DNA from: Octopus bimaculoides
Taxonomy: Eukaryota
Length of the DNA: 44,914 nt
Direction of reading: 5' to 3'
Assembly (NCBI RefSeq): GCF_001194135.2
Contig: NC_068981.1
Location: 41,208,785 to 41,253,698 of the forward strand
Positions 1 through 11,928 of the stretch are shown in pieces (positions within the stretch are counted from its first letter, which is position 1; the number at the start of each line of letters is the position of its first letter). Both the position numbers and the translations under genes were made by a program. The notes under the pieces are model-generated. The model did no database searches. It saw only the letters and a program-made list of their open reading frames with translations, and had not been told where the DNA came from.

Positions 1-46
1 TTATCTATCTATCTAATAAAACAAACAACCGACTGAATGAATGAAA

Positions 47-205
47 ATAAAGCAAATTTTGAAATTGAAATAAAATGTTACTCAAAAACAGACATAAAGA
101 AAAGTGAGAATAAAACAAATTTTGAAATAAAATCTTACACAAAACTTGTCATTAAGAAAAGTGAAAATAATGAAATAAAATATTATTTACTTACTCAAAA
201 GTAAT
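47..205. repeat. Degenerate ~60 bp AT-rich tandem repeat downstream of the Merlin ORF
   Basis: The unit aataaa(g/a)caaattttgaaat...aaaat(g/c)ttac(t/a)caaaa...aagaaaagtga occurs twice, plus a partial third copy. Confidence 0.5.
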
Positions 206-207
206 CG

Positions 208-640
208 TTATTCAAAAGTGAACCATTTTGAAAGATGTTTTAGAATGTTCCGAAGACATTCATCGCTAGTTTTCCCATATTTTCCCCTCCAAAGAAACTC
301 AGCTAGATGGGATTCAATCATATTTGTGTGTACTCCCATCATAGTTTTGAATCTACTTTTTGCATTTTTCTTGCAACATTCAACTGAGTTAGTATGCACG
401 TTAGTTACTGGACCCACAAAGTTTTCTCTATGGTTCACTTTGAAATGGGAATACCGTGGTTCGACATCAATTCCATTGTATTCACTACAATAATCAGAAT
501 GGACAGTCGTTCCTGGTTTTATAAACTTTCTGATAAGGGGGAGCAGAGTTTCGGAGGAACGATTATTCACAAATACCAAAAATCCTATTTTGTTTTCTCT
601 GTCCCATCCTCCAAAAGCCCACCTCCTCTAGATAAATAGA
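208..640 (-). mobile_element. Merlin (IS1016/IS1595-like) DDE transposase, C-terminal fragment
   Basis: ORF 579..208 reads VNNRSSETLLPLIRKFIKPGTTVHSD...VNHRENFV...HTNSVE...HLAEFLWR, the second D and the E region of the DDE_Tnp_IS1595 family. The upstream part is degraded and the first D is not seen. Confidence 0.85.
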
Positions 641-1050
641 TAAATCCCACCCCACTCCGATTTACAGTTTACACATATTTACATGTGGAAGATGTTTTTT
701 TATCGCGGGTGCAGGCAAGTCTACTGACTAGCGGATGCGAGAGGTGCGCGCGTCGGATCCACTCTTAACTTTAATATCCGCATTCCTACACAAGTGTGCC
801 CCTTCGGCTTTGTTTCCTCATAACTTTCACAAAAATGGATATTTGCGATAAAATAACGAAAGAAATATGTAATCAATCTACTGACCTTTCTGCAGAGATG
901 TCTTTCAGAGAAAATTCCCGGGGTAAAATGAGGTACAATGTGACAGAAAGTGAAACTAAAGTGTTCAATTTTTTTTGTTTTTTACGACTGAAGGTGTTTT
1001 TTCTACAAAATGTCGCGCATTTACATACCGTTGAAATTTTGTGGTGATAA

Positions 1051-1294
1051 ACCTCGGCAATATGTTTTAGAAATGTATCGAAATTCTGGAGCAAGCTGGT
1101 TTAACATTTCGTGAAGTAGGGTGCACATTTTCAATGAATATTGAAGTGTAGGACGCTGGTATTTATTGAAAATTATGCAGACCAAGGGTTTAACATGAAA
1201 TTTCTTTGATATTATTTTCACTTTTCTTATTTTACGTGTGTGCCGTTGGAATTTACCTCGGCAATATGTTTTAGAAATGTATCGAAATTTTGGA
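1051..1294 (+). repeat. 40 bp direct repeat
   Basis: acctcggcaatatgttttagaaatgtatcgaaatt(c/t)tgga at 1051-1090 and 1255-1294, 39/40 identical. Confidence 0.9.
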
Positions 1295-1388
1295 ATCTAT
1301 TTCTGGCTGTAAAGTCATACATTTTTTTCTGTACATACATTCGTTCACACGAGACCATTTCGTATCCCCCAAAGATCCGCTGACGTAC

Positions 1389-1436
1389 TTGATCTGTCTT
1401 TTGATTCTTGAGCTAAAAGCCTCAATGCGCATGCGC
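1389..1436 (-). promoter_or_regulatory. Candidate promoter: NRF1/Ewg-type palindrome followed on the - strand by a possible short non-coding first exon
   Basis: GCGCATGCGC at 1427-1436 in a CpG-rich zone. On the - strand it is followed about 40 nt later by a donor-like AA|GTACGT (exon end 1389). Confidence 0.35.
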
Positions 1437-1496
1437 CGGTGCCTAGATTGACAACATTTTTAGAATCGATTAGTTTTAGAATCGATTTTTTTTTTT

Positions 1497-1599
1497 CAGA
1501 AACCCACATTTTCAGCTACCGAAATACCGAATCTGTAAAAAAAAATTATTAAATTTTGAAATACCAATCTTTTTACAGATTCGGAATGTGGGGTTTCTG
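1497..1599. repeat. Short inverted repeat
   Basis: cagaaacccacatt...ccgaatctgtaaaaa pairs with tttttacagattcggaatgtggggtttctg; the left arm carries an insertion. Confidence 0.7.
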
Positions 1600-3849
1600 T
1601 AAAAAAAAAAAAAAAAAAAAAAGAGAAGGGAATGTGTGGTGACGGTCCACTGATGTCAGAAATATACGTCCATAACATTTGTTTTTCCTGCGTTCCATTG
1701 AGAACAAATTCGTATCGCAACCTTTGGTTCTTTATAAAAATACTTTTGCAAGATTTATAATTCCAATTGGTTTGAGACATTCTGTAACGCTAAAATAATT
1801 CATTGATTTTAAAAGACGAAAATTATTTTGAACTGCACAAATTTGCTTTAAAACTCCCATAACAGTCAACAAGTGTCTCTTATCTCACTTCTTGTTCAAT
1901 AAATTTGGTATTTTCTTCGCGGTTGATTACAAAGATATTTTTGAATCTAGATAATCTTGCACGAAATTGTCTTCACTCTGTTCCCTTCTTTCTCGACACG
2001 ATTCAACTGAGTAAATCGATTAAGATAATTCAATTTTTTTTCTCAATCTTGAAAGAAATTTTGGTTAATGTATATTTTAACACCCGGCCACCAAAACAAA
2101 ACAAGTGTAATAGGTGTAAAAAAAAATGTGTATTAAACGAATATGAGAACAAAAATTTGGACCAACGAACCGATTATAAAGAAATCTGTGGGGAAAATAC
2201 TATGAAAGAGAAAGAAATTAATCTTCGAAAATGGACACCTTTCAGGAGTGAGCCAAACCGAACAATCTTATTGGCTATTCAGCGCAATTTAAGCACACTC
2301 AAAGCAACAGCCAAATCGCCCTTAACTTTTTTTTTCATTGTGCAACCATATTTATGAATTTGTCTCGCACCATGATACATGGAATTTTACTTTAATACCC
2401 GGCCACCAAAAAAAAAAAAAAAATGTGTATTAAACGAATATGANNNNNNNNNNCATAACTATTAGGAAAATTGGATATCTTTTAATGAAATTTTGGAGAG
2501 GTTCGAAACTGCATTGACCCCAAATTTTGGCATTGCCTGTTTGGTATTCTTCGTTTGTAGCAGTAAAGTTGTCAAGAAAAGCACGTGGTATTATGTCGAA
2601 ATGGTACAAAGAGGAATATTAAGAAAACGAGAAAAATGGTTTTAATGGCAAAAGTAAAGAATAAGTACACCCGATGGCTAGGGTTAGGGCTTTTGTTATG
2701 CCGAAAACTGGTGGTGTACGTATTCTTTACCTTCGCCTTTGTTTGCCACTCAACAACTTAAAGTTATGGAAAATAAATTTACAATGCACTCACAAAATCT
2801 ATTGTGTACCGACGATCATACAGAGATTATGTACACGACCAGACATTCAATTTACGTTCACAAACGTACTGTATATCGTAGTGTATTTGTCATCAGTGTG
2901 TTTCATGATATCAAAAAATTTCAATCGCAGCCAACCATATTGCAATCTGAATTTTGAATATGAACTTTATTTTAATTACACTTTGATTTAATTTTAATTT
3001 AAGGAGTACAATAAAAGGGACTAAAATTACACGGCCGGGTAACTCGATAAATTTGGGAGTAAAAAAAATGGTAAGGGAGAACAAAATTTGACTGAAAAGT
3101 AGTCAAGCTGTTAAGTCAGGGTACCCATAGACAGTAATGGCAAATGATGTACGTAATATAAATTATGGATACGCAAGATATGCTTGGCGATCAGAGGCGA
3201 GCTGAAAAAGAAGAAAGACTTAATACGAAGCAGGTGCGCTGGAGTAAATTAGTTATCAGAACATACGTGAAAGAAACTCTTTCAATATGTGTAAACAGCT
3301 TCTGTTACTTCGGTAACCTAATTAACTATAGTGCTGGGTATTCGCAAAGCCTTGTAGCTTGAATAATGAAAGTTTAGGGAGCTGTTAACACTGCTAGCAA
3401 CAAAGAGATTCTCTCTTTGAGTGAACGTTGGTGACAGGTTTCCATCTGATTAGTGACTGATTCACAGCATTTCTGATAGAAGAGCGTCAAAGGAATGTCT
3501 AGCTTCACTTGGTAGTTTGTAATTATCACATAATTTGTATTTTGCTTTCGTCCATATTAAATATTTAAAATTCTCTTCGTCTATGCTATGAACTTATTTC
3601 GTAAAGCCCATTATTATGCACACACACACATACATGCATGTGAGTGTATGTTTAGTTAGATATATGTATGTACATTAGTGTTAAATAAAGGAATATGTAT
3701 GTATAAGGGTGCGTGCAAGTAAATCTCCTTGGTTTGGCCTCATGGTATGAACTGAGTGGCATCGTCAATTGTATGTATGTGTGTATGCACCATACAAACG
3801 AATGTGTATGTATGGATAAGGGTGTGTGCGAGTAAATCTTGGTTTAATA

Positions 3850-4310
3850 GCCTCTCTGAATGACTTGCAAAGCAACTGTGTCATACATGATAGCTGAAAT
3901 ACTGTATCAAAAAGTCGCAACCATGGTACCGAGCCAGTTGCAGGTATATGTCATACGTGAAGTCGTGGCTGTGATGCTGCCGCCTGGGTCACTTGATACA
4001 GGAGTTCATGCAGGTTGTATATTCACTGTTGATCCGTGGTGAAGTAATTCCAGAACAGTGGAGTGTTGAAACCTGGGTGAATTGCCTACTGAACTGTGTA
4101 CACAGAGAGATGACAGCAACGACGTTAAGAACATGATGGTGACAACAAAGGCGGAGGTTGCCGTAATGCTGTTGGATGAAGTTGGTAAGTCTCAACGTAG
4201 CTGCTGTGGTGGTGCAGTCACCACTGTCGCTGAAACTGGCTGTTTTTGTGGTCAGTGGCTAGACCTTAAAAGGTCTGGAACCAAAGATGCCGGAAAGAGA
4301 AAAAGCTGAG
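3850..4310 (-). other. GC- and CpG-rich segment with interrupted reading frames, probably a retroelement 5'/ORF fragment
   Basis: Sharp compositional contrast with its flanks. The - strand frame LRLTNFIQQHYGNLRLCCHHH...*PRRQHHSHDFTYDIYLQLARYH contains stops. The family assignment (possibly Penelope-like) is only a recollection. Confidence 0.3.
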
Positions 4311-4499
4311 TTTTTTTACAAGAAATAGTAGGCTCAAACAGGGTAGAGACCAGGCTGTCCCACGTGATCTAATTTAGGACCTCCAACTGGTTATACATGG
4401 CAAACTAGCACAATCAAGTAAGAGACAAATTGTACCAATACCAACCAATCAGAGTAGTGGACACAACAGGATCCAAACAGTGGCCAAAGGCTAGCTGTT

Positions 4500-5180
4500 C
4501 CCTGCAATATTCAAATACATGTATATATAATAAAGCGAGAGAGGAATTTCACCCGAGTCTCTGCTACATTCTCAATATGCTCGTGCTCTTTTTCACATGT
4601 ACACTGACACTGCACATCCAGTGGAGAATACCAGTTTCATTCCTCTCTAGTCTTCGTATCTCCTCTGCATTCAGGGCCCATGTCTCACTACCATGTAGCA
4701 TTGCATTTCATACACATGCAGCATGCAATTTTCATTTTATTCAAAGAGAAAGACCTTTGGTTGCCAACAGAGGTAAAAGCTCCCAAAACTTTTTCCATCC
4801 TATTCATATTCTTGAAATAACACTTTCTGTACAACCTCTTCCTCTACTAATTTCTGCTTGGTGGCTCTATAATTTCTGCCTGGTGGCAGAAATTATCTAC
4901 AACTTCCAGAGAGCTTCTGGAACATTTGAGGAAATCAATTTCTTATGCATCTGTAGTTTTTATGGCTCCTGTACATCTTCCACATATAAACACTACTTTC
5001 TCTGTTAACGTTCATTTTATTTCACTGTATGTCCAGAGCTTACGCTGGATACACAGAATAGAATTTCATCCTACTCCCTTCCTACATATTGATGAGAACC
5101 ATTTACCTGAAATGGGAAGTGTCCTGTCCAGTTTCTTGCTTACTAAAACTTTAGTCTTTGCTAAGTTAACTTTGATTCCA
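4500..5180 (-). mobile_element. RTE-clade LINE relic (post-RT region with a Cys-rich module)
   Basis: The - strand reads GIKVNLAKTKVLV...GKWFSSICRKGVG*NSILC...KFWELLPLLATKGLSL*...AMLHGSETWALN...RLERNE...LHWMC, with multiple stops. Confidence 0.85.
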
Positions 5181-5481
5181 GGTTTTGTTTCCACACCTGA
5201 AATTTCTTTTCTTTTCTAATTGTGTGTGTGTATCTGTGTGGGTGCATGCCTGTATGTGTAGTTATATACATGTGTCTGTATGCGTGTATGTCCAAATCCT
5301 TGGATCTTACCTTTACACATATATGTGTGTGTGTGTGTTTTTACATATATGTATATATGGATGTATCTGATTGTGTATTAGTATACTCTCATAGGTATAA
5401 GAACATCATTTGAATGCCTGTACATCAGTATACATGCCTCAGTGAGTCTAGGTATATGCTTACATGTATGTGGATGTACAT

Positions 5482-5483
<2 letters not shown>

Positions 5484-5577
<94 letters not shown>
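5484..5577. repeat. (TG)n(TA)n microsatellite, representative of many similar tracts (e.g. near 10100-10200, 11860-11970, 15130-15200, 40790-40980)
   Basis: Directly visible. Confidence 0.97.
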
Positions 5578-5580
<3 letters not shown>

Positions 5581-5905
5581 TAAATGTAATGAGAAGCAAG
5601 ATAGGCAAGTGATTTTCACTTAATATTAAATACATTTAATAAAAAAATGTACTTATGTATGGATCGAGTCCACTCTACCTATTTAACTCTTGATATTTAT
5701 TTTCTGTAAGTCAGACTATTTTATATCCATATATGTACATTTTTTCTATTAAATGTATTTAATATTCTGTGTCAATCGACTTGCCTAACTTGCTTCTCAT
5801 TACATTTACTCATCTACTGGCTCAAGTTCAAATCTCTTGAGCACTTCGAAGTGTATTCTATATAGAGAACACTTGTCTCTAACCTATAAACTAAATATAT
5901 ATATA

Positions 5906-6141
5906 TAAGCAAAATTTAAGTTAGTTAAAATATGTTTGTAATATATTTCAACTGCTAAATGGTAAATTCACTGCAGTTACTGTGGAGAAAATATCTCTCT
6001 TATGGTAAAAAGGTGTGAAAACATCCGGTTTGTTCAGCGTCGCCAACTATCAGGAACCCTAGACATCAATGTTTCAAGTTTTTTGACTCATGTCAATAGG
6101 ATGTACCTAAGAGAGGCAACTTTGAACAAACTTATAAAGCA
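5906..6141 (-). mobile_element. Truncated copy of the adjacent MITE, in opposite orientation
   Basis: Carries the TIR-derived segment taagcaaaattt...caactgct plus the reverse complement of the internal region of 6215-6559. Confidence 0.8.
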
Positions 6142-6214
6142 ATTGCTGTATGTAAAATTCAATAAACGTTGTTGACTGATTTGCACTGGTAGATCGCCCG
6201 ATTGAGGAAAATAA

Positions 6215-6559
6215 TGAAATGTTAGTGCCAAGCAGTGTTTAGGCATAAGCAAAATTTAGGTTAGTTAAAATATGTTTGTGACATATTTCAACTGCTTTAT
6301 AAGTTTGTTCAGAGTTGCCTCTCTTAGGTACATTCCATTGACAAGAGTCAAAAATCTCAAAACATCAATGTCTGGGATTCCTGACAGATGGCAACACTGA
6401 ATAAACCAAGTGTTTTCACATCTTTTTACCAGAAGAGAGATATTTTCTCCATGGTAACTGCAGTGAATTTGCCTTTTAGCAGTTGAAATATGTCACAAAC
6501 ATAATTTAACTAACCTAAATTTTCCTTATGCTTAAACACTGCTTGGCGCTAACATTTCA
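6215..6559 (+). mobile_element. MITE with ~82 bp terminal inverted repeats
   Basis: 6215-6296 (tgaaatgttagtgccaagcagtgttt...tttcaactgct) matches the reverse complement of 6478-6559 with few mismatches. No ORF; TSD not clear. Confidence 0.85.
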
Positions 6560-7327
6560 ATGTGTGTGTGCGTGTGTGTGTGTGTACCTGTGTGAGTATG
6601 TATATGCATATCTATTTTATATATATTTAAAATAAACATGCATATACACACATATATATATGTATGTATGTATGTGTGTATATATATCTGTGTGTCTTTA
6701 AATAGATGTATGTATACTTATGTTCTTTGTGTGTATATGTGTGTACTTATATGTATTTCTATAGGTATATATAGATACTTAAGTTGTATGTCCATCCTTT
6801 TTGTGAGTGTATTGTATGAATATATTTCTGTTAACATTGCTTTTAGTCCCCCCCCTCTCTCTTATCAACATACACTAGCACACATACATTATTATCTGTA
6901 TAATATATCCTTACTCTCTCACTCCTCTCTCATTCTCACCTTGACAATTAAGAATGGTGATTCTGACAAAGATCTAAACACTTTTCTATTTCCTCTTTCT
7001 CTTTGCATTCTATCTCTTTTCTCTAGTTTCTTTTTCTCTTCCACTTATTGTTTTGGATTCTGTACCTGTATTCCAAGAATATAGCTTTTTAAGTACATTT
7101 TTTTACTGATAGTTCTCTTTTTACATCTTTCTTTACATTTTTTCTACTTCTTATAGAAATTCTTCATATACTTAGCTTTATACACACTTTAAAATTATGT
7201 TATTCTAATTCTGGGAGGGGGTTCTCGAATTCCTGTTTTTCATTCCCTGCATACATATGTGATCTTTCATTTGTAATACTTTCCTCTGTGTGTGTGAGTG
7301 TATGTGTGAGTGTGTGTGTGAGTGTAT

Positions 7328-7360
<33 letters not shown>

Positions 7361-7364
<4 letters not shown>

Positions 7365-7569
7365 CTACCACTGCTTGACAACCAGTGTTGGTGTGTTTAT
7401 GTCCCCATAACTTAGCAATTTAGCAAAAGAGACTGATAGAATAAGTACCAGGCTTAAAAAGTAACAAAAGTAAAGTACTGGGACCAATTCATTTGACAAA
7501 TATTCTTCAAGGTGGTGCCCCAGCATGGCCACAGTCTAATGACTGAAACAAGTAAGAGAATAAAAGAAT
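7361..7569 (+). mobile_element. SINE 3' part (ccactgcttgacaacc...gactgaaacaagtaa...aataaaagaa family)
   Basis: Homologous to 11984-12168 (+) and about 24690-24850 (-) in this window; preceded by (TG)n. Confidence 0.85.
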
Positions 7570-7959
7570 ATGTCTAAATGTAAATGTTTGCCCAAATAAA
7601 ATTGCACTTCATGTTTGAAACTCTGATGAAACTACAGGTTGATACTCAAGCATTCACCTATAAATAAATTGGGATAGTGCTACTTTTGCGTGCAGTCTAT
7701 CACAGTAGCCTACTTTAGCGTGTGGTCTACCGCAGTATCCTGTCTACGGTGTGAAATTACTTTTAGCGTATAGTCTCCTGTTTCTTACCCTGTAACACTT
7801 TAGCATGTGATCTACCTCCACTATAAGAACTTTATATACAGGATGATAAAAACAAATTGAATAATGATTTATTAATAACTTAGACTTAAATCATAATTAA
7901 TGATACACACTTCATACATGTCTATCAACTAAACAAAGACTTACAAACATTAACTATGT

Positions 7960-8400
7960 CAACTGCTAATTTATAAGTTTGTCCACTCTATTACACAGTA
8001 GTCTTAATTTATTATTTCCCTTTATTAAACACAGGTCTTACTCTATTGTTTTGAGTATGTGTACTTTGTCTGACCATATGTTATTTTTCAGTAGTGCATA
8101 GGGTCAGAACCAGTATCTCTGATGTATTATTTCCAATTTTATATTTGCATTTATGTTTTCTTTCAACTCCCAGATGTCTTTAGACAAGAATGTCACATTT
8201 CATTTAGATAAGTTCTAGAATGTGTCTATACATGCTGTATCTGTCTTTGAATAGTCCACAAGCAGTGCCAATGTAGTGCTTTTCAGACTGTTTAACTTGT
8301 GATACTATTACTTTATAAACTATATTTGTTCATAAATAATTTCAATGCAATGAGCATATCCTTGTTCTGGTACAGTTGAATGAGTTTGCCACTGTTTGTT
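7960..8400 (-). mobile_element. Penelope-like element, GIY-YIG endonuclease relic
   Basis: The - strand reads NIVYKVIVS...EKHYIGTACGLFKDRY...[frameshift]...TFLSKDIWELKEN, matching the PLE endonuclease pattern (VY...YIG...FK.R; LSK.IWELK). Confidence 0.6.
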
Positions 8401-8666
8401 GTTTTCTTTGACATGTTATTGTTTTGTGAAAAACACTCCCACAAGAATCAAATTACAAACAGTAAGCCCAGATTAAACAAACATCCTTATGATGATTGCC
8501 ACTTCTTTACAGAAAAAGGCCAGCTCTTCAATTAACAAATCCTGTCATGAAGTCTTATATGACTAGCAAGTCCTGCTCTTGACAAACAAACTCTGCTGCA
8601 GACCTTACAAATATTTTAAAGCAGAAAAGTGTCTGGGATTGTAATTAAGTCCTGTCTACAAAGTGC

Positions 8667-9674
8667 TCATTTCAAGATAGACTGTTCAATTCTTTGAGCT
8701 TCAAATGCTTTATATCTATTGTAGATCATTTGTTTCCAAGCTACTCGATCTTGTGTCATCTGCTCCCAGTCATCAATTTTCACATTAAGAGCCTTAAGGT
8801 TGCTTTTGACAGCATTTGAATTCCATTTGAATTCTAGTATCCTCCTTAGGCAAGTCTGATGGACTCTTTCTAAAGCTTTGATGTGGCACCGATATGTTGT
8901 CCAGGTCTCAGAAGAGTACAGGGGGACCGTTAAAATGCAAGATTCATAGATACTAAGCTTGGTTTTGATGGTGATACCTCTATCAAACCACACACAATTT
9001 TCAAGCCATCCAAATGCTTTGCTGGCTTTTTCAATTCTCAGGTTTATTTCAGAATCAAGGGATCCATCTCTAGAGAGAGTGCTGCCAAGGTAGATGAATG
9101 AGTTAACCACATCTAATCTTGTACACTGGACAAAGATGTTAGGTTCCACATAGAGTTGGCCTGGTGGTTGAGAGAACATGATCTTTGTTTTCTTTAGACT
9201 GATGGTAAATCCAAAAGCAACACAAACTCTAGAGAAGAGATCCAATATAACCTGTATGTCCTCCTCAGTGTGAGCAATGAGAACTACATCATCAGCATAA
9301 AGGAGCTCTTGAACAAGGGCCTGGAATGTCTTCGACTGTGCATTAAAGTGTTTGACATTAAAGACCTTACCTGTGGTTCTGAAGCAAATATAGCCGCAGA
9401 TATCTCAGTCTTGGAATGCGTGCAAGGTAGTTACAGCAAAATATATGGAAAAAAGTGTTGGAGCAGCAATATCACGTTGTTTAACTCCATTATCGATGGA
9501 AATTGGTTCCGATAGTGATCCATTGAAGCTAAGACAAGCTTTCATATCACTATGAAGTTGCTTAAACAAGTTGACAAATTGAGGTAGACATCCAAGTTTA
9601 CCAAGAATGGTCCAGAGAATGGCCCTATTAACAGTGTCGGAGGTTTTTGTTAAATCGACATATACCTGGTAAAG
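8667..9674 (-). pseudogene. RTE-BovB-like LINE reverse transcriptase fragment
   Basis: One frame from 9674 to 8667 with a single TGA (9405-9407): VYVDLTK..DTVNR..LW..L.K.G; NGVKQ....APTLFSIYF; ELLYADD (YADD at 9288-9299); FGFTISLKKTK; F.YLGSTLS; LYSSETWT. There is an internal deletion after LEFKW. Confidence 0.92.
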
Positions 9675-10475
9675 AGCTATGCGATCCTATCTTAACTTGA
9701 AGCATCAACATTTACAAACACAACATTATGAAAAAGACTTAACCAAAAAATATATTAAAACAAGCTTCGCCAAAAATATACAAAAATAAAAATTGACAAA
9801 AGAACAATCTTAACTAGATTAATAGATAAATCTGGAACAAATAAGCCAATTAAAAATATGGCCTCTCCACCATCATCATCAACAAACACAAGAAACATGA
9901 ACACCTTGCTACAGAAAAAAAAAAACAATGAAGAGGCAGAAAAATAACAACTACCCAACAAAAACAAAATGCAAACCAATGAACATACACAAATATAAGA
10001 CTACACTTGCACCAACAAATTTAATACACCACCAAAACTGAGTTGTAACAGTTCTTGCTTGAAAATTACAGTAGCATGAAACTAGAGTTGCAGAATAAAC
10101 ATTTGTGTGTGTGTGTGTGTATGTATGTGTGTGCATGCATGCATGCGTGTGTGGTGTGTGTGCATGTGTGCTTGTGTGCATGCATGTGTGCGTGCATGTG
10201 TATACATACATGCATAGATACAGATACCTCTAGGTACATATACAAAGACCTCCTCTTCCGACTCAAACATTATTGAGATTGACGATTGTTGCTACTGACA
10301 ACCATTGTTTTATCGTTGGGTCTTGAAGCAAGGTTAGTCAAGTTCAGTATGGGTCCTCTTCATCAATTCTGAGATAGAGGTGCTTTTTTTCCCATTATCT
10401 TTGAATACTTTCTTGTTATGAAAACCTATTTCTAAGAATGTTGTTTTGCATATTTCAGCTTCATCATCATCAGCA

Positions 10476-10598
10476 ATGTCTTCTGCTGGCTATGGAACCA
10501 TACCAAAACAGTCTGGAGGGCCCAACCTGAATCTTTCAGGAAGATTAGATTTGTCTTACTTAATGTCCCAGCGTGGAGTTCTGAAAGTGCTACAGATA
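10476..10598 (+). CDS. MARVEL-domain protein (CMTM/plasmolipin-like), coding exon 1
   Basis: Acceptor tatttcag at 10458, ATG at 10476, MSSAGYGTIPKQSGGPNLNLSGRLDLSYLMSQRGVLKVLQI, donor gtaagt at 10599. The YL.S.RG.LK..Q motif is typical of the MARVEL TM1 entry. Confidence 0.9.
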
Positions 10599-11709
10599 GT
10601 AAGTATCATTCCTTAGTGATCATCACAACTTAAGCTTGTAATACAAAATATCAAACTCTTTCATAACCAACCCAACAAAAGTTAATTTCCTTGATTAACA
10701 TTTTTCTTATTTCTCTTCAAGAATTCTTAATTTATCTCATTCATATGTATTGCAGAGAACACTGTCCAAAATTACAATTTGTTATTTTTAATATCTGTAC
10801 ATACATTTATTTCATATAGAGACAATATTTTTCTTGATGGGATCTCTGTATTTGGGTGGGGATTTTGAAGTTAACACTTTGTAGTCTTGGTATACCAACA
10901 GAAAACCAGAAATTTAGGAATACTAGACATACTGGGGAAGTTAACATCTGGAATAACAATGAAATTAAGATAATAGGTAACATAACCTTGGTGACTTTGT
11001 TGGTATTAGGGTGTTTACAATATAAAAATATATTGGCTAAGGTGTAAATAAGGTGAAAGTACTAGTGTATTTCTCTTTATATAAAGGATAAACTTTATGA
11101 GACAATATACATATATCTTTTAAAAATATATTGTATATTAGTATTTGGGGAAGAGTGAATTGAGTATCCTCTTTTAATGAAGAAATTTAGTTTATAAGAA
11201 AGTTTCAGAGTATATCAAGAGCTGATGTACACAAGATATTACTACATCTTTCCAACAGACTGAATCCACTAGTAAATAATCAAAATGTCCCTTTCAGCTT
11301 GTATCACAACAACATGCATAAATATAGGACGGAAATAGCTCTTTAGTTGTTTTACTCTGTGCAACCTTAATTTCTTTTTGGCTCACATTCAGGTGATTTC
11401 TAAGTTTTGAGTGTGCATGCAGCATCTATGTTATGTCATTTTTTTTTTACTGAAGTATTGTTCGTAATTTATTTATATATTGTTGTTTCGACCCAAGTCT
11501 GCTTCTTGTATTTGATTGCTACTTATTTTATTAATTCTGGAAAGAGGAACACCTTTGATAATAGGTCTATTCTATCAGAACTGACCAAATAGAATATAAC
11601 TTTGTAAACTTTTTGCACTTACTATTTGCAAATATCGATAATCCTGAGTTACTTTGTTTTTTTCTATTTCACTTTATATTAAAAAATTAGAAAATTTTAT
11701 GCCTATAGA

Positions 11710-11876
11710 CACAGGTAAGAAGCTTGCGTCCTGACTATACGGTTCTAGATACAGCCCCACTGCATGGCATCTTCGGCAAGTGTCTTCTACTATGGTCTCA
11801 GGCCAAGCAAAGCCTTGTGAGTGGATTTGGTAGAAGGAAGCTGAAAGAAGCCCTTTGTATATGTATATGTATGTGT

Positions 11877-11928
<52 letters not shown>

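Noticed and set aside
2076-2443. Duplication of acccggccaccaaaa...tgtgtattaaacgaatatga
   Set aside because: The second copy ends exactly at a gap (2444-2453), so it is probably a scaffolding overlap artefact.
2678-2689. Telomere-like CTAGGGTTAGGG
   Set aside because: Only two units, one imperfect.
4430-5008. 192-aa + strand ORF (likewise 9270-9515 and 34132-34458)
   Set aside because: Antisense shadows of LINE relics.
5185-5635. ORFs rich in YIYI/CVCV/HTHT (also 6638-7084, 9951-10276, 11674-12090, 15091-15551, 40687-41082) and ERER/LSLS (15894-16215)
   Set aside because: Translations of microsatellites, which lack stop codons in some frames.
7623-7650. CTGATGA-aac-tacag-gtt-GATAC hammerhead-like string
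   Set aside because: GAAA is broken, stem I is absent, and it lies on the strand opposite the nearby Penelope relic.
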